Origin: a virus | Taxonomy: Duplodnaviria; Caudoviricetes | Reading direction: 5' to 3' (one strand) | Virus record (IMG/VR): IMGVR_UViG_3300031993_000007 | DNA length: 64,000 nucleotides | Part shown: piece by piece, positions 9,512 to 18,417 of the stretch | Layout: each line of letters opens with the position of its first letter | Position numbering within the stretch: position 1 is the first letter of the stretch | The notes under the pieces: generated by a model | What the model was told of the DNA's origin: nothing | Database searches by the model: none | What the model saw: the letters and a program-made list of their open reading frames with translations, nothing else | Position numbers and translations under genes: made by a program

Positions 9512-10801
9512 ATGGCAAACTTAATGTCCAAATTTAGGTCGGAATACCTCAAAACATCCAATATAGGCTGCAAGGGAAATATTGTCAGCCTCCCCACAGG
9601 TCTCGATATCATTGACCTCTCCAATGGAGCTAAAGATCCGCAGACTGGTGATCTCCACCTTGGTATGCGTGAAGGCCACTTCATCTGCTTCGTAGGTGAT
9701 ACCGGTACTGGTAAATCTACGCTTGCGCAGCAGATGGCTTATGGCATTGTCCAGCCGTTTGAAAACGGTATGGTCAACGTCCTTGACCTTGAACGTGCAT
9801 ATCAGAAACCTCGTATGAAGAACCTTTATGCGAAGGGAGATCCTGAACTTCTTAAGAAGTTTGAAGAGCAAGTCGGCGATCCTCTTAACATTGACGTGTA
9901 TCTCGACGATATCCGTCAGATGCTTGCTGATACAGCTACTTTCAAGGAAGCACACAAGGCCGAACTCATGGAAACCTTTATTGATGCCAATGGCAAGAAG
10001 GTCGAAGTGATGGCTCCGACAATCTTCTTGATTGACTCCGTGGCTGCAATGGTAAGCCGTGATCGTGCTGCTACTGTCGAAAGTGGCGTTAATGATAACA
10101 ACATGAGCCACAGCCAGCAAGCTATCGAAAACTCTCAGTTCGTGACCAAGATCATGAACATCATGTTCAAGTATAACATCTATGTCTTCTTCTGCGGTCA
10201 TATCACGACCAAGGTCAACACCAATGCTGCGGATAAGCGTCCGTCGGCGTTCCCGTGGTTGGCTCCGGAAGAAAACCTTAAGGGTGGCAGAGCCGTTTGG
10301 TACTTTGCTGACTACATGGTTCGTATCCATAAGGGTACCATGCTTCATGATCCCGAAAAGGACTATGGCATTCATGGCTTCATTAACAAGATTCAGGTCT
10401 TGAAGAGCCGTGGTAACGACTCCGGTATTTCCTATCCGCTCGTGTTTGAACTGTCTCGTGGCTATGACAATCTTTTGTCTAACGTCCAGTTCCTCATTGA
10501 CAACAAGCGAATCCTTACTGGCACTCGCAGCTATCTGGACTCTATGCCGGATATCAAGTTTACCAAGAAGACCGTCCGTGAAGTGTGCAAACAGCATCCG
10601 GAACTTGAACAGGCTATCAGCGAAGAAGTACTGAAGATCTTTGAAGCTCATATGCCGTCCATTGTGTCTGATGGTTCTCAGAATGCTGCGGACGCTCCGG
10701 ATGAAGATGGCGTCGATCCGAGTGAAGTTCCGGATACCTCTAAGGCTGCTCCGGAAAATTCTAAAGGTGTTGCAGCCATCAAGAGTCGTCTGAAGAAATA
10801 A
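9512..10801 (+). CDS. uvsX: UvsX/RecA-like recombinase
   Basis: PTG...D, Walker A GDTGTGKST, DLE, Walker B FLIDSVAA, and GGRAVWYFA. Confidence 0.88.
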   Translation: MANLMSKFRSEYLKTSNIGCKGNIVSLPTGLDIIDLSNGAKDPQTGDLHLGMREGHFICFVGDTGTGKSTLAQQMAYGIVQPFENGMVNVLDLERAYQKPRMKNLYAKGDPELLKKFEEQVGDPLNIDVYLDDIRQMLADTATFKEAHKAELMETFIDANGKKVEVMAPTIFLIDSVAAMVSRDRAATVESGVNDNNMSHSQQAIENSQFVTKIMNIMFKYNIYVFFCGHITTKVNTNAADKRPSAFPWLAPEENLKGGRAVWYFADYMVRIHKGTMLHDPEKDYGIHGFINKIQVLKSRGNDSGISYPLVFELSRGYDNLLSNVQFLIDNKRILTGTRSYLDSMPDIKFTKKTVREVCKQHPELEQAISEEVLKIFEAHMPSIVSDGSQNAADAPDEDGVDPSEVPDTSKAAPENSKGVAAIKSRLKK

Positions 10802-10816
10802 AAATCGCAAAATACT

Positions 10817-10836
10817 CCCCTAGCCGAGGCTAGGGG
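10817..10836. terminator. Hairpin between convergent genes
   Basis: CCCCTAGCC-GA-GGCTAGGGG. Confidence 0.65.
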
Positions 10837-10847
10837 TAGTATTATTG

Positions 10848-11450
10848 TCACAGAGACTTACTGCGGATGAGTGATTTACGCAGGATCTCTTTGCACTTGT
10901 TTTCGAGTTCGGTCTTGTGTTGGAGACCGTTTACGTTCTTGAGGTTTCGACCGATGCAAGCGGCTTCATTGGCATATAAAGCACACATAGGCTTCATCTG
11001 GCAATTAACCAAACTGTCATGAAGGCCGTTGTACAGCTTAATAAGATCGTATTCAGAGTGGATCTTATACTGGTTCTGGTCTGCATCCAAAAAGATCTTC
11101 ATGCGATTCATACGGTCTTGGACATACATCCTAAGACTGTCAATTCGGTGCAGAAGAGTCTGATGAGGCATGAGACGCTTGAGCGTATGATGGTCAATCG
11201 TCTTCAGTTCATCACAGTTGTCAACGATCTTTTCACTTACGAGGGCCTTACCAATTCCGCCAAAGGAGCTTTTCACAAAAGATTCATGGAAAGCGTCAAG
11301 GCGTTCATTAAGCATTTTCAGCTTGTCCGGATCCGAAGAGGCTACAGCAAGGCGGCTTCCAAGATCCAGCCAACGGTCGATACCAGCGCTGAAGACAGCT
11401 GCAAGCTGTTCACGCATGGATTCTTGTTCAGCAATAGATTTAAAGCTCAT
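10848..11450 (-). CDS. Hypothetical protein (possible internal head protein)
   Basis: Start MSFKSI overlaps the upstream gene end; last gene of the late-type operon 12960->10848. Confidence 0.6.
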   Translation of the reverse strand: MSFKSIAEQESMREQLAAVFSAGIDRWLDLGSRLAVASSDPDKLKMLNERLDAFHESFVKSSFGGIGKALVSEKIVDNCDELKTIDHHTLKRLMPHQTLLHRIDSLRMYVQDRMNRMKIFLDADQNQYKIHSEYDLIKLYNGLHDSLVNCQMKPMCALYANEAACIGRNLKNVNGLQHKTELENKCKEILRKSLIRSKSL

Positions 11451-12237
11451 AAGGTTCCTCCTGCTTCGGAGCCGAAGCTCGGCGTTGAAGGATTCCAAGC
11501 AAGTTGCCCAGAAGCATTTTCCAATCACGGTAGCACGGGCCAAGAGACCAGCTGGACGGACTGTTAGGATTAGCCACAGCTGTGTTCACACTCTTGCTTT
11601 GACCACGATCAAAGTCTACAAGAGAATCCAACTTGTCCTGAAGATCCTTGACGTGTTTGATATACAAGCCAATTTCAGGAGTAGTCTCAGCTTTCTTGAT
11701 CATTTCTGCACCATGAATCTTCGGATCATTGGTCAAGAAGAACATGATGTTTCTGTACACATTAGAAGTACGTTCTTCAACGGCAGAAATCTTATTGCCC
11801 TCGTTCAGGTGAGCTTGGCTGATGAGCGAACGAATCTTGGACTGAATATCAGAAAGATCTGCCGAAACAGAGTTAATAGCAATATTAGCCGTAACTTCGC
11901 CCATGTAGTCCATGATATCCGGAATATACATAGCGCCGCTTTCCAGAGCTGGAGTATGGCTCAAATAGTTTCCAGATAGACTTACCGGAACGGTATTCTT
12001 AATCTCCTGGTCAACAGCTTCAGAGCCGAGAGATTCCAGGGCTTTGTTCATACCACTCTTAAGAGTAGAAATGAATTCATCAATATCCTTAAGGACTTCT
12101 TCAGACTCGGCCTGACTGACACGCAGACGGAGTTCCTTTACCAATCGATGCGGATTCGCAAAGATGACAAAGCGACCAGAGGACTCAACCTTAATCGGAG
12201 TAGAAGTTTTAGGGGCATTAGAGTCAAGCAATTTCAT
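11440..12237 (-). CDS. Hypothetical protein (possible internal head protein)
   Basis: 265 aa helical-looking ORF with several ALES/LNE motifs. Confidence 0.65.
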   Translation of the reverse strand: MKLLDSNAPKTSTPIKVESSGRFVIFANPHRLVKELRLRVSQAESEEVLKDIDEFISTLKSGMNKALESLGSEAVDQEIKNTVPVSLSGNYLSHTPALESGAMYIPDIMDYMGEVTANIAINSVSADLSDIQSKIRSLISQAHLNEGNKISAVEERTSNVYRNIMFFLTNDPKIHGAEMIKKAETTPEIGLYIKHVKDLQDKLDSLVDFDRGQSKSVNTAVANPNSPSSWSLGPCYRDWKMLLGNLLGILQRRASAPKQEEPYEL

Positions 12238-12240
12238 AGG

Positions 12241-12960
12241 TTATTTACCAAGAAGTTTGTCGTAAATGTGCTGTACGCTTTCAGAGCCGTATTCGTCGTC
12301 TTCATCTTCCGGAATGTCATCCATGCCACCTTCACGATGGTCATGGTACTGTTCCTTACGAAGCTGTTCACGCTTGCTCATGGCCTTGCGACGAAGGGTA
12401 AAGAGCTCATTCTGCACCTGACGGAGCATAGATTTACCCTTGTTGATATACACAGAGTTGGCAAGAGCCGCCGTAATACCAACGGCAGCGCCAGCTACAC
12501 CAGCCACAGAAGCACCAATCGTGATGATACCAGCCTTGATGATAGCACGAAGGAAAGAACGCATGGTAGCGTTATTTTCTAGGATGTCCTTGATTTCATC
12601 GATCTTCTTGTCGATTTCTTCAATGACGTTCATAATGTCAGGCACAGTGTGGCATTCATTAATGCGCTTAGAAAATTCGTTGACCCAGCGAGTCTTGTCT
12701 TCGGTAACGAGTTCTACTACCCACTCTATAGCGCCTTCATTGGCAACCGTCATGGAACGAAGAACATCGATACGATTCTGCAAAGCATCGATGGTGTCCA
12801 AGACAACCTTGTTATCGGCTGCAGCGAAAATGGCACCGGACATGTCCGTGCCTTCATTAGCAGCAACCATAATCCGTTCCACAGTCGTACGCAAGTCATT
12901 ACGCTTGCCAAGAACAAACTGGGTAACGTCGTCGCTAGAAAGGTTCAAAGATTTAAGCAT
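12241..12960 (-). CDS. Hypothetical protein with hydrophobic G/A-rich segment (possible internal head/ejection protein)
   Basis: Two ANEG motifs and the segment AGIITIGASVAGVAGAAVGITAAL; late-type promoter upstream. Confidence 0.65.
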   Translation of the reverse strand: MLKSLNLSSDDVTQFVLGKRNDLRTTVERIMVAANEGTDMSGAIFAAADNKVVLDTIDALQNRIDVLRSMTVANEGAIEWVVELVTEDKTRWVNEFSKRINECHTVPDIMNVIEEIDKKIDEIKDILENNATMRSFLRAIIKAGIITIGASVAGVAGAAVGITAALANSVYINKGKSMLRQVQNELFTLRRKAMSKREQLRKEQYHDHREGGMDDIPEDEDDEYGSESVQHIYDKLLGK

Positions 12961-13035
12961 ATTCTACCTTTACCTTAAAGGTTATTTTCAATATGAAGTT
13001 TTTGAATCCATGAAAACACTATAAAAAAAAATAAA

Positions 13036-13054
13036 AGGCGGCACTAGGCCGCCT
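13036..13054. terminator. Bidirectional-type intrinsic terminator
   Basis: AGGCGGC...GCCGCCT flanked by A- and T-tracts. Confidence 0.7.
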
Positions 13055-13073
13055 AATTTTTTTGTAGAAAGCA

Positions 13074-14162
13074 CTAGAGACCTTTAATAAGATCTTCCAG
13101 CGTCTTCTTTGCAGCAGCAACCTTTGCAGCCTTTTGAGCCTGAGTCGTCTGCATTTGCGTGATATAGCTATTCTTGTTAGCTAAGTGATTCTCTAGCCTT
13201 TGGATTGTCTGTTTTTGTTCTTGGACTTCATCCTCAAGCGTGCGAATCTTAGCTTCCAGCTCTACAATCCGTTCGTCCTTCTCGTCCATTTTAAAGGCCT
13301 TGAATTTCGCCGGATCTAGCTCTTTCAGCTTTGAATTGACCCACCAGCTTAACCAACTAGTAGACATACCGAGTTTATCGGCATTCTCCTTGAGAGATAA
13401 GTTTGGATCAAAGGCTGATGCTCGTCTGCCATCACGATCATACTTCCGTGTAATCTCTTCGCCGCATTTCTTACGAAAGATCGTTACGGACAAGTCGTGC
13501 TGGAATGCCCAGTCTTGGAGACACAGGTCAGATTTCATCATGCCTTCAATCTCAGCCTGCCAGTTAACTGTACGACGTTTATAATCGTACCTCTTCTGCC
13601 AGACTTCCTTTGGACAGATCTTTTGGAATTTGTTAATATCCAGCCCTTGCTCTGAGCAGAACTGCTGCACAGAGATGGTCGGCACATCCTCCAGAAAGAT
13701 TCTAAGCAATTCCCGCCAGTCATTCCTTTCCTTGTATACATACCTTTGTTGCCAAAGGTCTTGGGGAATGATATTCCTGAGTTGAGTCTCCGGAATATCT
13801 GAATGACTAACAAGAAATTCTTGCACAGTCTCTTGTGAGTCTTTGAATTCCTTCAAGATTTCCTTGCGGCGTCTTCTACTCCACTCACGAGAGCTTTCAA
13901 CTACTTGCGGAGTTGGAACCTCTGCTTCTCTTTTTACAAAGGAACGAATTAACAATTCTTTTTGTGGGCCAGTGAGCTCAAGAAGCACAGAGTCACGAAT
14001 AACCTCTGCCACGTCTGCATACTCGAATCCATAGCTGGATGCAAATACCTTCATGTCTGGATGTTCGTGATCCTCTCGGATGTATTTGTCCAAAGAGTTC
14101 TCTATCTCGTCAAATCGTTCGCATCTGCTCGAAGCGTTCTTATCCTTTGTTAAATCGGCCAT
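13074..14162 (-). CDS. Putative DNA-binding protein with tandem HTH-like repeats and C-terminal coiled coil
   Basis: Three ~50-aa repeats, a further HTH (SLKENADKLGMSTSWLSWW) and a heptad-rich tail. Confidence 0.6.
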   Translation of the reverse strand: MADLTKDKNASSRCERFDEIENSLDKYIREDHEHPDMKVFASSYGFEYADVAEVIRDSVLLELTGPQKELLIRSFVKREAEVPTPQVVESSREWSRRRRKEILKEFKDSQETVQEFLVSHSDIPETQLRNIIPQDLWQQRYVYKERNDWRELLRIFLEDVPTISVQQFCSEQGLDINKFQKICPKEVWQKRYDYKRRTVNWQAEIEGMMKSDLCLQDWAFQHDLSVTIFRKKCGEEITRKYDRDGRRASAFDPNLSLKENADKLGMSTSWLSWWVNSKLKELDPAKFKAFKMDEKDERIVELEAKIRTLEDEVQEQKQTIQRLENHLANKNSYITQMQTTQAQKAAKVAAAKKTLEDLIKGL

Positions 14163-14241
14163 ATTTTATACCTCCAGTATAATCCGTAAGCACCATTGCT
14201 TACGGATGTATGGTCATAATTTAATATAGGAGGTTTTTAAA

Positions 14242-14574
14242 TTATTCTACGCAATCTAAAGGTTCTCCCTCTCCTCTGGTAATGTCTTTCAAGACATGCC
14301 AACAATCCGGACTGTCAAAGTAAGCCACAAAGCCAGCCTTTTCATAAGCGCTCCAGCTCTCTCCACCGTATGCCGGAAGACAAGTCGGCTTGAAATGCTG
14401 AGGATACTTAAGATGTTTAGGCCCAAGACGCCTAAGCATAACCTGTCCGGCATCATTAAGATCATCCTTGGTTAGGAGATGCGCTCGCCTAAGCGGAACA
14501 TTCTTTCCTCGGCGTTTCCAGTAGTTTTGCTCCAGAGTGGCAAAGGACAATTCTTCAGTAGGTTCGTTAGTCAT
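14242..14574 (-). CDS. Hypothetical protein (paralog of 14567-14824)
   Basis: Shares DLN..G, FKP..L, GF and (V/I)LKD motifs with its neighbour. Confidence 0.7.
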   Translation of the reverse strand: MTNEPTEELSFATLEQNYWKRRGKNVPLRRAHLLTKDDLNDAGQVMLRRLGPKHLKYPQHFKPTCLPAYGGESWSAYEKAGFVAYFDSPDCWHVLKDITRGEGEPLDCVE

Positions 14575-14824
14575 GGTCAGTCTCGTCTTTAAGGATCTTA
14601 AAGTGGTCTAAAGCATGAAATAAAATAAACCCAAAGGGGGTTAAATCCATAGGCTTGAAGTCCATTAGATTAATCCCTTCTGGGTTTCTATCAAATTTCT
14701 TGAGACCGTTTTCATTAAGATCCTGATATCGCAGTACACAGTACCGTTTGATCTTTGCCTTTCCAGCCAAACACCGCTTAAAGTACTGTAAAGCATATTC
14801 AGATTCTTGCATAATTAGCCTCAA
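14567..14824 (-). CDS. Hypothetical protein (paralog of 14242-14574)
   Basis: Overlapping operon gene with shared motifs. Confidence 0.65.
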   Translation of the reverse strand: MRLIMQESEYALQYFKRCLAGKAKIKRYCVLRYQDLNENGLKKFDRNPEGINLMDFKPMDLTPFGFILFHALDHFKILKDETDHD

Positions 14825-14834
14825 TGACTTGTTT

Positions 14835-15026
14835 TTAGAATTTTTGGAATCTTGTGAATAATTCTGAAATAACTATATAGTCCGTTTCTACTTCGGGCTC
14901 CGCTGAAGCCTTAATGTCGCTTAGGGTGCTAGCGCCATCAATGATCTCCTTTAGAGCTATCATCAACAGGTATTTCATAGGCAAGACTTCCAAGACCTTT
15001 CTGAATGCGACATTCGTATCGTTCAT
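14835..15026 (-). CDS. Small hypothetical protein
   Basis: ORF in the operon orientation. Confidence 0.45.
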   Translation of the reverse strand: MNDTNVAFRKVLEVLPMKYLLMIALKEIIDGASTLSDIKASAEPEVETDYIVISELFTRFQKF

Positions 15027-15076
15027 CTTGTTAAGATAGAATTTTGCCCAAGATGTAAACGGATGATGAAGAGTCT

Positions 15077-15433
15077 TCAGAAGTCTAACTTCCTTAGGTA
15101 TGGGGGATGACTAAACCAATCCATGATGAGCATATCACCTATAGAATCGTTGAATTCTCTTTGGCTGCTCATCAGATATCCAAATCCTTTCGGAAAAGAC
15201 AGCCAGAATTCAAAGTGGGTCGAAACAATCATCATTTTGATGGTGTCTATCTGAGTCCAGAACTTAGGATCTAAGTCCTTGCAAAATTTTTCTCTGAAAT
15301 CCCAGTTTATGAGTACCGACGCTGAAGTTTTCAAGTCAGGATCGTTACAGATTTCTTCGTAGATATCTAGCATCAAAGATTCAGTCATCGTTTGAATTGG
15401 GACTATCGGTGGCTGTTTCGTCTGCTGTTCCAT
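15077..15433 (-). CDS. Hypothetical protein
   Basis: GAGGAGG RBS inside the end of the upstream gene. Confidence 0.65.
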   Translation of the reverse strand: MEQQTKQPPIVPIQTMTESLMLDIYEEICNDPDLKTSASVLINWDFREKFCKDLDPKFWTQIDTIKMMIVSTHFEFWLSFPKGFGYLMSSQREFNDSIGDMLIMDWFSHPPYLRKLDF

Positions 15434-16667
15434 TATTAGTATCCTCCTCTGCTAAGAGTTCGTTTTCCATTGGGGTTGTTAGACATAAGTCCGTAAGGGT
15501 CTTCGTAATGACAAGATCTCTTGAAGCCCCTTTAGAAGTGTCAATTTTCAGACCTGTGTAAGATGTAGGATCAGCAACAACGCTTTCATACAAGTCCTCG
15601 ATCAGTTTCTTGCTGAGATCGCTCAGAGAAGATTCGGAGTCTATCTTGTACATAGCTTCACATTCGACCTTGATCCTGTTTAGTTTTGCTAAAAACTTCT
15701 TTGTCGTGTCTATCTCGCCGTCAACGATTTCACGGAATTTTTCAATCTTCTTCGCTCTGACGAAAGTTCTAAGACCAAGATAGGCTTTAACTGTAGCCTT
15801 GTCTATACCTCCAATGTACTTCCCTCCGGTAAATTCTTCTTCGGATAGGGTTTCAGAGTCGTGTTTCTCCATGATGTCGATCACTTTACAGATGTCATAC
15901 AGCGAAGAGGTAAAGCCTTTCTTTTTATGAGAGAACAGGCGCAAAAACACGTCTTTCATAGTATGATATCTAGGATGGTACACAATAGTACTAATGAACG
16001 GCTTTTCGTTGAAGTATTTTGTGACAGCAGAGAATAGAGCGATTTCTTTAGGCCAGTAGGTCAAAGATAGCAGCAGCTTGCTGGCCTCACGGAAAGTGGA
16101 AAACTGGTCAAATCTTAGCGGAACGTTGAAGATCCGAGTTCCGATTTTTGGGATATCTATTTTGGCCAGTTTGAACGTAAGATCTTTAAAGGTACAGATA
16201 TACTGCCTAAGTTTGTTTGTATAATTGATAGCAAAATGAAAGCTAATGACTTCCAGTTCATACCCGAAAGTAAGATCCTGCTGGTTCCAGCTGTTATGGG
16301 AGATTACCAAAACATCTTTCCATCCAGTGTCGTCTTTCTTGTTGAAAGAATTTCTCATTAAATTCGTAGCAGAACTCATGTCTAATATCGCTTTCACGTT
16401 AGGTACAGTATAGGCGTTTCCTTCAAGTACAGAGATAAGATTTGGGAATCTTTCTCGGATGGTGGCATTCTCTTCTGGGCTACCGTCGGTGTATTCAAGA
16501 AACCTCTCGGTATTTACCAAGTACAAATCTTTATAATCATTTTGGATGTCTTCGTCCAGCTCAAATTCGTCCGGATCATAGAAACCCATTTTGATGTATC
16601 GAATCTTTTTCTCCTCGTCGTCGCACCTGTAGAGCATGGCACAAGCCAGCTGATTAATGTCCTTCAT
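15381..16667 (-). CDS. Hypothetical protein
   Basis: 428 aa ORF with AAGGA RBS. Confidence 0.8.
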   Translation of the reverse strand: MKDINQLACAMLYRCDDEEKKIRYIKMGFYDPDEFELDEDIQNDYKDLYLVNTERFLEYTDGSPEENATIRERFPNLISVLEGNAYTVPNVKAILDMSSATNLMRNSFNKKDDTGWKDVLVISHNSWNQQDLTFGYELEVISFHFAINYTNKLRQYICTFKDLTFKLAKIDIPKIGTRIFNVPLRFDQFSTFREASKLLLSLTYWPKEIALFSAVTKYFNEKPFISTIVYHPRYHTMKDVFLRLFSHKKKGFTSSLYDICKVIDIMEKHDSETLSEEEFTGGKYIGGIDKATVKAYLGLRTFVRAKKIEKFREIVDGEIDTTKKFLAKLNRIKVECEAMYKIDSESSLSDLSKKLIEDLYESVVADPTSYTGLKIDTSKGASRDLVITKTLTDLCLTTPMENELLAEEDTNNGTADETATDSPNSNDD

Positions 16668-16738
16668 AATTCTTCCTTTGTTGGTTACATAATTTTATAT
16701 AATATTTTGTAACATCTAAAAATAACAAAGGGAACAAA

Positions 16739-18364
16739 ATGGAATTCACATCGCTTTTTAAATTCGAAAACGGAAGCTATCGGGACATGGAGGCCTACAA
16801 ATTCACCAATGAAGATCAACTTGCAGAATTTGAAAAGACCTTGCTTAATAATGATGAGGGAAAGTTCTTAGAGAATCTTATCACTAAGATGGCTCGTAAT
16901 GATGTTCAATGCCTTCGTGACGATCCGCTGGATGTCGTTTCAGATTCCATCAAGAATGACTATGTTCAGATCTTCAAAGACTATGTGCACTATGACCCAG
17001 AATCGAACAAAGAAGGAAAGGCAGCAAATCTATCGGATGTCAAGGAAGATTTTAACCGAAGTATAGCACCTGAAAATCTGTATAAGCAAATTTCAATACC
17101 TACGAAGTCACGGTACTCCGGAAGAAAGCAAGAAGGCACTTATATCTTCGAAGATATCCTTCTTGGAATTGGAATAATGCTCCCTAGTATCATTCAGTCT
17201 AATCCGAATATAACCTTCGAAACTTTGATGCCGAATTTCTGCAATGCTTTGCAATCTGAAACTTACTGCTCAAAGCTCCTTTTAAAGTTTACTAATCTTG
17301 GGGGTATTGAAAGCTTTTACGCTCCTTCAGAAGAAAGTCTAGATACACAGTTGCCTATTAATAACGAAATTTTAGATAAGGTTCATGCGCTCTTGATATC
17401 ACTGATAAATTCTACCGGAATTGAGCCAGTCGATAATAATGGGGAATTGGAATTCTATACGGAATTGGATAGTACTGATCCCGTTAATCTGTGTGTTAGA
17501 AAACGCTCCAAGGGTAATTCTGAAGATATGATCTCCAAGAATTCCATTCCGGCTATTCCGTTAGATATCAAAGGAAAGATCTTTGAAGGCTATAAGACGC
17601 ATAGAGCTCAAGGGAGAGCCGTAAAGAGTAGCATGGAATACTTTGGGGATGGAACTGGAAAAATCTTTAGAGAGCGAATGATTTACCTTCAAATAGAAGT
17701 AACATTTAAACTTGCATTTGTTCCGCAATCCAATAAAAGGCTGCTCATCAATCCATCTAAATCTTACAAAATCTATGATAATAATTCCGTGGCAATAACT
17801 ATCAACACTCTAAAATCTATGATAGAGAATCCCGGAAATATGCACATTGATTTTGAGAAGGGAATTGGATCTCTGGTATTCTTTAATGATAAATTCTCTA
17901 GGTCTAGAACCGATAATGATATGAAATCTGCCATCAATGAACAGCTTCGAAAAGAATTCAAGAAGATGGACGGTTGGACTTTCTTTAAATTTCTAGAGGA
18001 CATAACTGGACAAGATCCTAACAGGAAAGCTAGACTCAGCGATAGCAATCCGTTTAAAAATTTAAACGGATTTGGTATTTCCTATACATCATTAGAATTC
18101 TCGGCTTATGTGCCAGATTTAGCTAGTTCATATCTTGATGGTCTTAGAGGCTTGAAGGTTATCTTTGGAACACTTCTAAAAGAAGCCGAAGATCTTGAAG
18201 CCTTCCTGACCAAAAAGTTTGAAGAGCTCGCGATAGACATTACCAGCAAAGTCTCTCTTAGAAACTTGATCATCAAGATTATCGCCAGCGAGGCCAAGGT
18301 AGATCCTATTAACTTGGCTTCTAAAGGAGGATACCTTGGAGAGATCGCAAAGGAATTCATATAA
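16739..18364 (+). CDS. Hypothetical protein
   Basis: 541 aa ORF with AAGGG RBS; no motif recognised. Confidence 0.8.
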   Translation: MEFTSLFKFENGSYRDMEAYKFTNEDQLAEFEKTLLNNDEGKFLENLITKMARNDVQCLRDDPLDVVSDSIKNDYVQIFKDYVHYDPESNKEGKAANLSDVKEDFNRSIAPENLYKQISIPTKSRYSGRKQEGTYIFEDILLGIGIMLPSIIQSNPNITFETLMPNFCNALQSETYCSKLLLKFTNLGGIESFYAPSEESLDTQLPINNEILDKVHALLISLINSTGIEPVDNNGELEFYTELDSTDPVNLCVRKRSKGNSEDMISKNSIPAIPLDIKGKIFEGYKTHRAQGRAVKSSMEYFGDGTGKIFRERMIYLQIEVTFKLAFVPQSNKRLLINPSKSYKIYDNNSVAITINTLKSMIENPGNMHIDFEKGIGSLVFFNDKFSRSRTDNDMKSAINEQLRKEFKKMDGWTFFKFLEDITGQDPNRKARLSDSNPFKNLNGFGISYTSLEFSAYVPDLASSYLDGLRGLKVIFGTLLKEAEDLEAFLTKKFEELAIDITSKVSLRNLIIKIIASEAKVDPINLASKGGYLGEIAKEFI

Positions 18365-18417
18365 CTATATTAAATTCTGCACCTTTCAAAACCCATAATC
18401 AAAAGAGGTAGTAAAAA

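Noticed and set aside
9521-10810. 429-aa antisense ORF exactly opposite uvsX (similar long antisense ORFs at 18619-19593, 23137-24948, 39185-41329, 41453-43570, 48121-49986, 59355-60899)
   Set aside because: These mirror highly expressed genes whose codon bias avoids TTA/CTA/TCA, which removes antisense stops. They have no RBS, promoter or protein motifs.
13074-14162. Possible IS66 element
   Set aside because: Only HTH-like repeats are present; there is no TnpB/TnpC transposase and no terminal inverted repeats.
16739-18364. Possible chimallin or sigma-like RNAP specificity subunit
   Set aside because: Only the size is suggestive and no motif was recognisable; it needs HHpred/Foldseek.
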